A program made the translations under genes and the position numbers. The notes below the pieces were generated by a model. The model was given only the letters and a program-made list of their open reading frames with translations. It made no database searches and was not told the origin of the DNA. A stretch of 64,000 nucleotides of DNA from NCBI GenBank assembly GCA_004431415.1, contig QPMI01000079.1, positions 1-64,000 of the forward strand, written 5' to 3'. This document shows, in pieces, positions 49,543-61,800 of the stretch; positions within the stretch are counted from its first letter, which is position 1, and each line of letters begins with the position of its first letter. The DNA comes from Cyanophora paradoxa CCMP329 (lineage: Eukaryota > Plantae > Glaucophyta).

Positions 49543-51269
49543 AGACCTTCCTGTAGAGGTAGCAGGCGTCGGTGAGCCACGCCGCCCCGGGCTTCCGGCT
49601 CGTCTGCGCCCCGCCCCCCTCAGCAGCCGCCCCGAGCTGGGAAGGAGGGAGGGGGCGCGGGCCTGGAGGTGGCGCAGGGGGCTCGCGTCCCAGCAGGAGA
49701 TGAGCCCCGCCTTGCTCGTCGCGATGTACCTGCCCGCCGAGCTAAGAAGATGGGCGAGCCAGGATTCCTGGAAGGGGCGGGGCGGGGCGGGGGCGGGCTT
49801 GTTGCGGCCGAAGAGGTGCGCGTCGGGGAGGCGGATGATGCGGTTCACGGCGTCGTCGTGCCGCCCCGCCTCTGACTCCCCCCGCTGGCCCCGCCCCCGC
49901 CCCAGTGAGCCGTCAGCCGTCTGCTGTCTGCTGTCTGTTGGATGTCGGCGCACGAGCTTCCCCGACCGCCCGTTCCCGAAGAGGTTCATCTGGCGCGAGG
50001 CGGCGGCTCAGGGCCCCCGCGCCGGCTCGAAGGGGGTGGGAGGGGGCAGCGGCACGCCGGCGCACCGTCTGCTCGTCCCGCATCTTGAACGCGCCCTGCT
50101 GGTGCAGCACGATGTACACCAGGAACTGGGGGGTACGGCGTCGACGAGGGCGCCGCCGCGAAAAAAAGAGAGGGAGGGGTACGGCACCTCGTCCCACGTC
50201 AGGAGCCCGTCGGCGTTGGCGTCAATCTTCATGAAGAGGCGCTCCGAATCAACCTCCCGCGCGCCGCTCACGTGTTGCATCGCGCTCTTGAACTGCGTAC
50301 CCCGGCGGCTCGCGGGGGGGATTTTAGGGGGGTATGGGGCGCGGCGCGCCTCCTTCAGGTCGATGGTGCCGCTCTTGTCCGCGTCGACTGCCTTGAAGGA
50401 GGCCTTGATGCGCATGAGCTCCTGCGGGGTACGCGTCGAATTCGAGGGAGGGGGGTACGGGGGCGGCGGAGGGAGGGGCCGGGGCGGGCCTGCAGGTTCA
50501 TCCCCTCAAGAACGCCGTCCGCGCCGTCGGTACCCCGGAAGGCGTCGGGGGGTACGGGGTCGTCGGCTGCGAGCGGGCGGTCGGCGCGGGGCGCGCGGGG
50601 CTGCGTCGGGGGTGGGCCGGGGCGCACTGAGGGGGTTGCCGGTGATGCGGGCGAAGAGGGTACCCAGCTCGCGGCGGCGCTGGGGCGGCGCAGAGGTGGC
50701 CTCGCGCTCCCGGGCCCGCCTGCTCTTGCCCTGGAACGGGATGTACCCGAGCTGCCACGCGCCCCGCTCGAACTCGCGGCGCGGAAGCGAGCGGCGGGGG
50801 CGCGCGGCGGCGGACCGTGGGAAGGATTGCAAGCGTCTTCGTGTTCTTGTTCTTCGTCAGGACGGCCAGCGGCAGCTGCTGGCTCGAGGCCGCGTGCGAG
50901 AGCGTGGCCGCTGACGACTTGGGCCGCTGCGGCGGCGGCGCCTGCGGCGTGTCGCGGATCGCGGCCAGCAGCCTGCCGCGCGGCTCAGGCGCCGCTCGGG
51001 CGCTCGGCCGAGCGCGGGCGCACTTGGAGGTCGGCACTGGCTCCAGCGGCTGCAGGCCGAGCGGCTGCCTGAGGACCGGCTCGCTCTGCGAGACGCCCAT
51101 GCCGGCGGCCATCGAGGCAAGATCCACGATGTCCCCGTGCGCCAGAGCGGGCGACTCATCGTCCCGCCTCGGCGCCGAACGCGGCAGGACCTGGCCGAGC
51201 GCCGGATTGAGCCACGGCGGCGCGCGGCCTGGGCGGGGCTGGGATCACCTCGGATGCGCTCTTACGCAT
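43472..51269 (-). CDS. EF-hand + WD40-repeat protein (WDR49/EFCAB8/WDY-like, probably ciliary)
   Basis: EF hands VDADKSGTIDLKE and LFMKIDANADGLLTWDE, then WD40 exons (LYTLQGHGAPI, VKVWDIRTGNCIQTI, RRLITGASDGTVK|VWNF, HTDDILCV..IATCSYDGTV|AVWNI, LLVSGDAVGTVK|VWEI, LVVTAAEDGTVALWS). Confidence 0.85.
46702..46962. repeat. Intronic ~160-bp tandem duplication separated by poly-G
   Basis: gcggcggcggccgagcgcg...cccgggagtccaaggcccctccttgagcg...ctagaggg occurs at 46702 and 46861. Confidence 0.85.
47364..47443. repeat. Compound pentanucleotide microsatellite (AGTTC)n(AGTTT)n in an intron
   Basis: Directly visible. Confidence 0.95.
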
Positions 51270-51815
51270 AGCTGGAGGTGCGGGGGAGCGCCGTTCGCTT
51301 AGCTAAGCCCTCCAGACCTCCTCCGGCTCAAGTTCGAAAGCGCTGCTCGGCCTGGGCGGCCGGCAGCCCTCCGTGCACTGCAATACCAGACTACTAGATT
51401 GGGATAGAAGGCCTAGCCGAGGAAACCTTCTTGTGCTTTGAGTGCGACTTTTTTGCGTGGGGGTATACGTGCGGACTCATTGGCTCGGAGGGGGCTGGTT
51501 TAAGGCTTCCGCCGACGTCCAGAGCGAGCTGAGCGCGTCTAGAACAAAAAGTACTAGTACCTCGCCTCAGCTGGTCGCCTCAGGTCGCTGCTGACAGCGC
51601 GACTCAGGTGAAAAGGAGTTCCGGCGACTTGCACAAGGGCCGCGATCTGCGCTCAACAGCTCCTCGCAGGAGCGTCCGCAGCCGCCGGGCTCGCAGCGCT
51701 AAGCAGTAGCAGCGAAACTTTGCCGCCCGTTAGCGGGCGGAGGAAATAGTTCCAGCCCGTTGACATCCAAGCAAATCGCTTAGCTCCCTGAGCGGCGACC
51801 GCCGAGCTCCTGAAC

Positions 51816-54024
51816 ATGGGCGCCGGCAAAGCGCTCGTCGTGCTCTACCCGCTCTGCTTCGCCGGCGTCTGCTGGCTCGTCTGCCTCCGAACGGACGACG
51901 TCCTCTCTCGCCTCGCATTGCCTCTGCACGCGGCCGTCCGACGTGCGTTGCTTGAGCTAGCTATAGCGCTCCGATCGACGTGCGCGTCGGCCGCCCCGCA
52001 GTCAAGGACGTGCTTCCGCCGCTGCCGGAGACGAGGGCCGTCGCTTTCGAAGTCGGGCGCATCGTCGAGCGCCTCAAGGTGCCCCGGCCCGCGGCCGCAG
52101 CCGAGCGCTCGGAACGCCCCCTGCCCCCCGGCCCGAGCGGGCGCCCACGCGCGCGGGGCGCAGATCGCGCAAGCCCTGCCGGATGTGGTGAAGATCGAGG
52201 CGGCGCTGGTGGAGGCGCAGAGGGCGCTCGGCGTGACGCGACCCATCAAGGCCGAGTACCTCCTCGACCTCGGGCAGGTCCGCCCGATGCGCGTACCCCC
52301 CTTCTGGCCCCCCTTCTGAGGCTCCCGCAGCGAATCGCGGAGGCGGACGCGGGCCGCGGGCTCGCGCAGCGCGTGCTCGGCTTCTTCACGTTCGTCAACG
52401 TCATCTGGATGTTCAGGTGCGGGATCCGCGTACCCCCCTGCGCTTCGCTTCGTCCCGAGCCTTGTTTTTGGGGTACAGCATCCTCGGAATCTCGATCTCG
52501 GTGGGGCCCGCCGTCCTCGTGCTCATCGGACCCGTCCTCAAGCGCATCGTCATCTCCTTCCTCGTACCCTTCTGGCGGTCCGCCCGCACCGTGTACCCCC
52601 GAACACCGAATCCACCCCAGCTCAATCTGGGCGTACCCCCGCAGGAACTGCGTTCTTCCCGTGCTCATCGCCCTCCGGCCACTGTACGAGCTCGTCGCGT
52701 ACCTCACATGCACGTACCCCCCTCTCCCCCGGCGCCCTTCCCTCCTCCTCCCCCCTCTCCGATCCGACCGCGGTCCTCCACCGCAGGCGCCCGCATATAC
52801 GTCGAGGGCGCGCGGTACCCCCCCGAGACCGGCCTTTTCATCTCGCTGACCGGTACCCCCCCTCCCCCCCAAAAAAAAACCCGCCGCCGCCCGCCTGAGC
52901 CTTCGGCCGCAGCGGTGATGCTGCTGGTGCCGTCGGTGACCTTCAGCGCGTACCTCCACTCGACGGGCGGCGGCCGCGCCCGCGACCTCAGCAACCTCGT
53001 GCGCGCGCCCCGGCCCTGCCCGTCCCGGATCGAATCTCCCGCGGCTATCTGACGTGGCCTCGAATCCGGTCAGATCAACTTCTTCGTGGCGCTCTCGCTG
53101 GCCCCCGGGGCCCTCCAGTTCGACTCGCGCCTCCTCGGCTTCCTCGCCGTCCTCGCCTTCTACGCCGTCCTCGGCTTCAGCGTCGTCCCCGTCGGCGCGG
53201 CGTCCCGCTCCCCGTAGCCCCCTGTCTCCCCCTTGCCCCCCCTGACCCCGGCCGCGGGCATGCAGGCCTGTGCTGGTACGTCGGCTGGGGATCGCAGGAC
53301 GCCATGTCGGTACGCCCCCGCTCAGCCCCTCCCCGCGGCCCTGAGCTCGCGCGGGCCCCGCCTGTTAACCTTTCGGCGCAGCGGACGGCGGCGACGTCGC
53401 TGGTGCTGCTTTTGGGCGCCGCCGCCGCCCGCTTCGGGGTCGGCGCCCTCGCCCCGGCCGCCTCCGCTTTGTTCCGGCCCTTCGCCTCCGGCATCCAGGC
53501 GCGCGCGTACCCCTCCCGCCCTCGTCGTCCCGTATCCCCCCTCTCCCGGCTCCGAGCGTACCCCGGCCCCCGCAGTGCATGGGAACAATCGCGCTCTACC
53601 TCGCGCTGCTGATTATGGCCTCCCCCGGGATGCGCGGCTTCAAGTACTGGTGCGTACCCCGCTCTCGCCCCCCACCTCCCCGACGACGGATGCGAGTACC
53701 CCCCCTCTCGCAGGCGGGCGAATGGGGCGATGATCGTGTGCCTCCTCGCCGGCCTCTTCGTCGGCTCCGTTTTCGCGTACCCCGCCGTCTTCAACGTGGC
53801 CTGCAGTGCGCCCCGCCCCGCCCCGCCCTCGCCCCCCCGCCCTCGTCGACGCCTCGCCAGCCTTCTCGGTGCTGTTCGTGTCGGAAAAGGTGCTGGAGCT
53901 GCCGGTGTGGCGCTCAGCCGGCGGCGTCTGGCTCCTGCTCCTCGCCGGGAGCGCGTCTTTGTACTACCTCGCCCTCTGGCTCCACTCCCACCCCGGATTC
54001 GTGGCTTCGCTCTTCGACGTCTAG
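51816..54024 (+). CDS. Uncharacterised multipass membrane protein
   Basis: Many hydrophobic exons (VLGFFTFVNVIWMF|SILGISISVGP, INFFVALSLAPGAL, MGTIALYLALLI, MIVCLLAGLFVGSVF, VWLLLLAGSASLYYLALWLHSHPGFVASLFDV*). Confidence 0.75.
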
Positions 54025-54383
54025 CCCCGCCGCGCCGAGCCGCGAGTTCGACGTCGACGTCGACACTCCGCCTCCGCTGTACACACAACCGCCCCCCGGC
54101 CCTCCCACTCCTATGCCGCCCCCGCGCGCCTCCCCCCCGCTTGCGACGAATCCCGAGACTTTCAGCGATACGATCATGTTCAGCGGGCCCAGGACACCAA
54201 AAAAGCGGGTGCGCTAGCTAGAGCTACGGAGACGACATTCTACCCTAAAAAGAGGCGATCGACAACCGGGGTACATAATACAACCGGGCGGCTCTGTACA
54301 GGACAACTGCCTGGCAAGCGAAAAGGAACGAAAGGCGTAGTGCTACAACAGGAAACGTGAAAGGCGGGCGCGCCGCGGGGCGC

Positions 54384-55892
54384 TCAGTTGTCGACCTGCT
54401 CGCCGGCCCGCTTCTTCTCGAGCGTGTCGATCTGCTTCTGGAGCGAGAGGCAGTCGTCGTAGCGCTCCTCCGAGATCGCGATCTCCAGCTCCCGCTTGAG
54501 CTCGCCAAGCTGCCGCCCCCGGATCAAATCCCGCGAAAACGGCGCGGACGGATCAAATTCGAGGCGTGCGGGGCCGGCCGGACCTGGAGCTCGGGGAGCG
54601 ACTCGCGCAGGAGCTCGCGAAGGCGGATGGCCTCCGAGTAGCGCTCCTCCTGCTCCGCCTTCGTGAGCTGGTCCCGCAGCTCCGTGATCCGCGGGTCCTC
54701 CTGCGCCTCCGGCGCCTTCGCCTCCTCCTGCCCCGTCTCGAACGCCCCGCGCGCCTTCAGCGGCACGTTCGACGCCTCGAAGACCTCCTTGTGGATGAAG
54801 ATCGGAGCCTGGAACCGCAGCGCCAGGCCTGCGCGCGCGGGGCGCCGTCGGCAGGCGCGAGCAGAGCGGCGGGGCGCGGAAGGCCGCTGCTGGCACCGAT
54901 CGCGTCCGACGGGCGGGAATCGATATCCTGCGCGAGAGCGGAGCGGTCAAGACGCGCAAAGGCGCCCGCCGGAGGCCCGCAGCGCGCACCATCACTTCGT
55001 CCTCGACATCGATCGAAGCTTTCGACACAGATCGCCGCAGATACAGCTGCAGCGAGGATCAGCGCCCCGCAAATGAACAAAGGAAAGAAAGAAAAGGGCC
55101 AACCCGGCCGTACTGCGGAGCGCGGCAGAGGGCGAGTGACAGTCAGCAAGGCGCGGGGGCGCCGCAGAAGCGAAGCAGGCGGCGCACGAAAGTATCATCC
55201 CGAATCTCAGTGACAGCGCACGCCTCAATCTTGATGTCGTTCATCTCCAGGACGTTCTGCGGCCAGGGTGAGGGCGAGGCGAGCGGCCGCGTACGAAAGG
55301 GGCACCTTGAAGAGATCGTGGGTCATCGGGCGCGGCGTCGGCTGCTTGTTGACGGCCGCGACGATGGAATGAGCCTCGGTGTTGCCGATAAAGAGAGGAA
55401 CGACGCGCTCGGTCTGGCCTGCGGTGCGGATTCCTGTCAGAATCAGGAGCCAGCGGCAGCGGCCGGTTTGCTGCACCTTCAGGCTGAAGAAAGATCTTCA
55501 ATGGTGCAGCACGTTAGCGTTAAGCGGCAGCGAGTCGGGGGAGGAGACGCACGACGTAGCCTTTCTCTGACAGCCCCAAACTGCCTCAGACGTCAGAAGA
55601 CGCGCGAACAGTGGTTGCGTGGTGTCATCGGCGAGTGTACGCCGCGGCCGGGCGGAGCAGCGACGAACCTGTACACCTTGGCACGAAGGAAGTCCGGGTC
55701 GCGTTCCAGCGGCGACGCCGCCGCAATGAACACCGGTGCGGCCGTAAATGTTACACGCGGGACTGAATGCTTGGCCGGCCGGGCCGGCCGGGCCGCGGGC
55801 GAGCCGCAGATGCCGTGCAGCTGCTGGTGGACCACGGGCGAAGCCCGGAAGCTGCCGCGCAAGCCGCCGATGGTAACGCTGAAGGACGCCAT
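54384..55892 (-). CDS. Bifunctional nuclease (DUF151/BFN domain) with two C-terminal UVR helices and putative plastid transit peptide
   Basis: VVPLFIGNTEAHSI...PRPMTHDLFK, IDSRPSDAI|GLALRFQAPIFI, AEQEERYSEAIRLRE, AISEERYDDCLSLQKQI. Confidence 0.9.
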
Positions 55893-56016
55893 GCGTGCCT
55901 GCCGCCGAGACTCCATGTTGGGGCAAGAGGCGGCTTAGCTGGCGGTACCCCGAGAAGCTCAGCTTCAAGCTCTCGAGTGATCACTGATCAGGTCCCAGCA
56001 CACAGCACCCTAGCCG
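55893..56016. promoter_or_regulatory. Putative bidirectional promoter between nuclease and PYD1
   Basis: Only 124 bp between the divergent start codons. Confidence 0.5.
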
Positions 56017-58318
56017 ATGACAAGCTTCGCCGCGCCGCTCGCCGTCTCCGTCAAGGTGCGTCAGCCGGGCCTCGGGCCCGGCAGCGGTCAGACTGATTGG
56101 ATAACCGCAGAGTGCGGAACCGGTCCGGCCCGCCGCCAGCCTTCGGCCCAAGATCTCTGCCATCACCGACAAGAGCTTCTTCGGCCGTAACTTCGCCGTC
56201 AAGCAGAGCCAGTTCACGTACGCCACCGGGCGCCAACGTGTCCGGCTGGCTGACCTTTTGGGTAGGCACGCGGCCGACGCCAAGATCCTTGTCTCAGCGA
56301 GCGTCAGTGGCAATGGCACGTCTGGTTCGGGCCGTGCGCCCATTCCCGAGTCAGAGGTCGACCTTTCCGTGACAGTGAATGGCCTCAAGGTCCGCGCGCA
56401 GCAGCTCTCTGAGCGTTTGTGCGCTGTGCGTGGCTCATTTCACGCGTACTTTACTTTCTAGATGCCGAACCCCTTCGTCATTGCCTCGGGTGCGCCGCCG
56501 GGCGCGGCTATCCACTATTTCCGGTGGAGCCGACGCCGTCGCGCGCAGGCCCGCCCGGCACGAATGCCAACGTGATTTCCAAGGCTTTTGATGAGGGCTG
56601 GGGCGCCGTGATTGCCAAGACCGTCTGCCTTGACGCGAGCAAGGTGCCCGGCGACGCTTCCGCCGGCACGCGCGCCCCACCGGCGCTGACGCGGGCCGCG
56701 TACGCCGCAGATCATCAACGTCACGCCGCGCTACGCGAAGATGCGCAGCAACTCGAACTTCGAGGAGATCATCGGGTGGCAGAACATCGAGCTCATCTCC
56801 GACCGGCCGCTCGACCTCTGGCTCAAGGAGTTCCGCGAGCTGAAGCAGAAGTATCCGGACCGCATCCTCATCGCCTCCGTCATGGTTCGCGCCCCCGGCC
56901 CGGCGCGCGCCCGTCGCCCGCCCGCCGTTGACGCCGCGCCCGACGCGCGCCGCAGGAGGAGTTCAACAAGAGCTCGTGGCAGGAGATCATCCACAAGTGC
57001 CAGGAGGCAGGCGTCGGTCCGCCCCTCCTTTTCCCTTTCTTTCCCTTCCTTTTCCGACGGGGGTCCCGCACCGCGGGCAGACGCCTTCGAGATCAACTTC
57101 TCGTGCCCGCACGGGATGCCGGAGCGCAAGATGGGCGCCGCGATGGGCCAGGACCCCGAGCTCCTCCACGAGGTCTGCGGCTGGATCAGCGAGGCCTCCA
57201 GGTCCGCACCCCTCGGCTGCTCCCGCGCCGCCGCCGCCGCCGCGCCCGCCGCTCACCTCACCCTCGTTGCGCCCGCAGCATCCCCGTCTGGGCCAAGATG
57301 ACCCCGAACATCACGGACATCACCGTACCCGCCCGCCAGGCGCTCTCGGCGGGGGTAGAGGGCGTCTCCGCCATCAACACCATCATGTCCGTCATGGGCA
57401 TCAACCTCGGTGCGCCGCGCCGCCTCCCCGCCCCGCGCCCGCCGTCACCGTCGCGCCAGACTCGCTGCGGCCGGAGCCGATCGTGGAGGGCAAGTCCACG
57501 CCGGGGGGGTACTCGGGCAAGGCCGTCCGCCCCATCGCCCTCCGTATGAACATGCAGGTCGGGCCCTTCCTCCCGTGCCCTCGCGGCCTAGCCTGGCCCG
57601 GCCGCCCCGTACGGCCTCCGATCTGACCGCGGCCGGGCTGCAGCTGGCCTCGCTCATCCGGGACGAGTTCCCCGGGAAGACGCTCTCGGGGATGGGGGGC
57701 GTGGAGACGGGCGAGGACGCCGCGCAGTTCCTCCTCATCGGCGCCAACACCGTCCAGGTCCGCCCCTTTGCTTGCTGCTCTCCGCTCCCCAGCCTGGGTC
57801 CCCGCGCCGCGCCCGAACCGGCCCGCCGGCCTGGGCGCGGCGCAGGTGTGCACGGGGGTGATGCTGCACGGGTACGGCATGGTCAAGGACCTCGAGTCGG
57901 GCCTCCGCGCGTTCATGGCCCGCCACGGCTTCCGCACGGTCCGCAAGAAAGGAGAAGGGAGGGAGGAAGGGGGCTGATCCCGGGCGGGGCGGGGCGGGGG
58001 CACAGGTGGAGGAGTTCCGGGGCCTCTCGCTGCCCTACTTCACCTCCCACCACGAGCTCGTCGACCTCAAGGCCGCCGCCAAGGCACGCCCCCGCCCCCG
58101 GCCCCGCCCCCGCCCCAAGTTGGAGGCGTTAGGATCCCAAATCTTTTGATCTAGCTCGAAGCCGCCGCCGCGGCCCGCCCCCACGAACTCCCGTAAGAAG
58201 GCTTCACCGGATTCGAACCGGGTCCGCGCAGGAGAAGAAGAAGGCGGCGGTGGCGTCGGACAAGGACTGGGACGGCGACAAGTTCACCGAGCAGTCCTCC
58301 GCCCTCGCCTCCAACTGA
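56017..58318 (+). CDS. PYD1: Dihydropyrimidine dehydrogenase, plant PYD1/PreA type, with putative plastid transit peptide
   Basis: DLSVTVNGLK|MPNPFVIASGPPGTN, GWGAVIAKT, NVTPRYA, GWQNIELISDRP, EINFSCPHGMPERKMG, WAKMTPNITDI, PGGYSGKAVRPIAL, VQVCTGVM, SDKDWDGDKF. Confidence 0.95.
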
Positions 58319-58803
58319 GCCCTCCAGGCGGCTGCGGTGGCGCGGCCAAGCCACCGGCCCCCCGGGCCCGGGCCCGCAGCGCCTAGCCGGGCCCGCCTCG
58401 CCCTAGCCGGCGTTTTTCTCGGGCTCCGGGCTACGGGCTTCAACATACGCCCCGCCCCGCCCCGGCCGGCCCCGCATCCCCCCTCTTCTCCTTCCTTCGT
58501 TTTTTTGTCGCCTCTGTAAGTATGGAGCGATCCGATCCCTGTTGTACTATACTAGGGACCCCCCCTTCTTTTTCGTTGTTGTACAGCCACCGTGTACCAA
58601 ATTTCAAATGTGAAGCGGATGCACAGTGCGTCGCCGGAATCGGCTCGAGGCTGGAGCACATGTACAGCCTAAAAATACAATGATAAGTAGATATCGATAC
58701 AGTACAACGTGCACCTGGCCAACATACTATATAGCTAGCAAAATAGCCACACACATATAATCCTAGGGGCCGAGCGGGCGTAGCCAGGCTAGGCTGGCGA
58801 GGG

Positions 58804-61800
58804 CTACTCGAGGCGGCGCATGACGTCGACGACGGAGGTGCGGACGACGCCCCAGGCCGGCCACGCGCTCGACGCCAGCGCGCAGGCGACCGCCATGGCG
58901 AAGATGACGGCCACCAGCACGTACGGGAAGTAGAAGGGCACCGGCAGCTGCGTGAACAGGAAGCGCTGCCGGCCAAGGCGGGGGTGAGGCGAGGGGGGGG
59001 AGGGGGGCGGGGGCGAGGGGTACGCGTGCCTGGAGGGTCATGGTGTACCCGATGCCGAGGCCGATGAGGAGGGCGAGGAGCGAGGCGGAGATGACGAGGG
59101 AGAACGCCTCGTAGCAGTACAGGCGCACCACCTGCAGGGGTACCCGAATGAAGGGCCGGGGGGTAGGGGGAAAGGGGTTAGGAGGCACCATAGAGCGGGT
59201 GGCGCCCATCGCGCGGAGGACCCCGATCTCCTGCGGGGGGTACGGAGATCGTAAAACGGGATGGGGGGAGGGGCCGGGGGGAGGGGGGTACGGGGCCACC
59301 TTCGCCTGCTCGTGGATGTTGCTGTACATGGACGCGGTGAGGGAGAAGAGGCAGCTGGGGGTACGCGCGGTCAGCCCGAGGGGTTCCAGGATGGGGGGGG
59401 GGGTAAGAGCGCGGGAGGGGTACGCACAGGAACATCGCGATGATGGTGGCCCCGACGAAGAACGCGTCGAGGATCCGCGAGGCCGCGTTGATCCTGCGGG
59501 GCGGGGCGCCCTTCAGGATCAACCAAGTATAGAATAGAATACGGCGCAGCGGGGAGAAGGGGGGTACGGCGCACGCGGAGGTCCGGTCGTAGAAGTTCCA
59601 CACTTCGACGGCGGAGTTCGCCCGCGTGGCCCGCGCAAGCGCCGCCACAAAATCGCTCCTGGCCCCCGCGACGCGATTCAAAATTCGAATTCGAACTAAC
59701 TCGAATGTCCGAATTAGAACTCGAGATCGCGGACCGCTGGGCGCTGGTGACGCGGGGCTTGAGCTTGATGAAGAGGCGCCCGTAGGGGATATCCTCCACG
59801 GACCGGAACTGAAAGGGGGCGAGCAGAGAAAAATGTGAGAGGCGGCAAACAGTGCAAAAGCGAGGAGGAGAAGGGGTGTGGAAGGGGGGGCCGGGGGCGC
59901 ACCGCCCCGCGGCAGAAGCGGAGGAAGGAGGGGAGGGATACGAGGACGTCCTGCGGGGTGCGCATCGCAATGGGGTACCCGGGGGAGGCGTGGCGGGGGT
60001 ACCTGGTTGGTGACGGTGGGGAACTTGCTGAACTTGAAGCCGGGGAACTGCGAGGGGCGCGCGGGGGGGAACGTTCATCTGTAAGAAAGTGCGGAAGCTT
60101 CGGCAGGCCCGGGACGGGGGCGGGGGCGGGGCGGGGCGGGGGCGGGGGCGGGAGCGGGGGCGGGGCGGGGCGGGGCGGGGGGCGTTGGGGGGGGGGGGGG
60201 GGGGCGGGGGCGGGGGCGTTGGGGGGAGGGGGAGGGGGGGGGGGGGGCGGGACCTGGTCGGCGAAAGCCCAGGGGCGGAGGCGGCGGAAGCGGTCGTCGG
60301 GGAAGCGGGCGTTGGAGAAGAGGAAGGAGTCGTCGAGGGAGAGCCCCAGCGAGGAGCGCAGCGTCGAGCCCAGCACCGCCGCCTGGAGCGGCCAGCCCCG
60401 GTTCGGGGGCGCGGGAGCGGCGGCCGGGGGCGGGGGAGCCGGGCACCTGGGAGCCCTCGAGGGTGTGGAGGGCGGCGGCCGGCGGCAGCGCCCCGTTCAG
60501 GACCTGTGAGGCCGCCCGGCGCGCCCGTGAGCGCCCGGCGAGGTCGGCGCGCTCGATGTTCGATCTCTGATTCGGCCTCCACGGCTATGAAATTTGTTTT
60601 TATAATCGCGCCCAGAGGTGGCCCGACGAAGCCTCTCATTCGGTGGCCGAATTGGGCCCCGAATTCGTGGCCGCTCGGGCCCTCGTCTCTCTCGCTGGGC
60701 CTTTGGCCTCCGGGCCTGCCCCCCCGGCGGGCCCCTGCGGGCGGACCTGGTCGGGGACGATGAGGAAGGCGCCCTCGGCCGCGTCGTGGAAGCCCGGCGA
60801 CACCCCGTACACCTGCCAGGGCCGGGTTCGAGAGAGAGAGGGCGCGGTCGCGGGGGGGCGCTCCGAGATGGTGCTAGGGAGGGGCGCGGGGGGCGGGGGT
60901 GCGGGGGGGCGGGCCTGGGCGCCGTCGGAGAAGGCGCGGCCGAGGTTGGAGACGCGGGTGGGCTTGACGTCCGTGTCGCCCCACACCCGCTTCAGGTCCT
61001 TGGTCACCTGCCCGGGGCCGAGTGAGGCGAGGCGCTGAGATGGAGCTCGCATGCGCGTGGGGAGGAGCGCCGGGGCGAGCGCTAGGATCTCGAATGCGAG
61101 GCCTCCTGGATTGCGCTTCGTCTCCGTATGTAACGGGGCCGGAAGCTTGAGATCGAGCTTGCGCATGCGCAAAGGGAGGAGCGCCGGGCCCGAGGCTGAG
61201 AAGGGGTCCCCGCGAAGGGCGGGAGGGCACAGAGGGGAGCGCTAAGACCCCATTAACCCGGGCTGGAAGCTCGGGATGGGGCGCTAAGCTCAGACGGGGC
61301 GCGAAGTCCAGCCGAGGATTGAGCTCGCGGCTCTTCGTGATCTCGGCGCGGGGACGGGCGGGGCGGGGCGGGGCGGGCTGGCGGACGTAGGCGTGGGCCT
61401 CGACGAGGGGGCTGGCGCGCAGGGCCGCCTCGAGCTCGGGGAGCACGTCGTTCAGCGACGACCACGAGGGCGCCCACACCTGCGGGGGGTGGGTGAGGCG
61501 GGGCGGGGCGGGGGAGGAGGGGAAAGGGCGGACGCGGAGGTAGGTGCCGGAGCGCTGCAGCGTCTGGTACCGGAACGTCTCGATCTGCGGGGCGGGGGCG
61601 CTGAGCGGCGCCGGCGAGGCAGGCGCGAGCGGCGGGGCTGGCTGGCGGGGTGCGGGCCTGGAGGTTGGCGGCGACGGAGACGAAGATGATGAAGCCGAGG
61701 GCCAGCGCGTACATCACCGTCGTCTTCCGGTTCCGCTGTGGCGGCGGGGGCGGGGGCGGGGGCGGGTCGGGTCGGAGGGGAATAGACGAGGGCAGGGCGG

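Noticed and set aside
58205-58226. tRNA T-arm/B-box-like GGTTCGAATCC on the minus strand
   Set aside because: Lies at the end of a PYD1 intron with no cloverleaf or A-box context.
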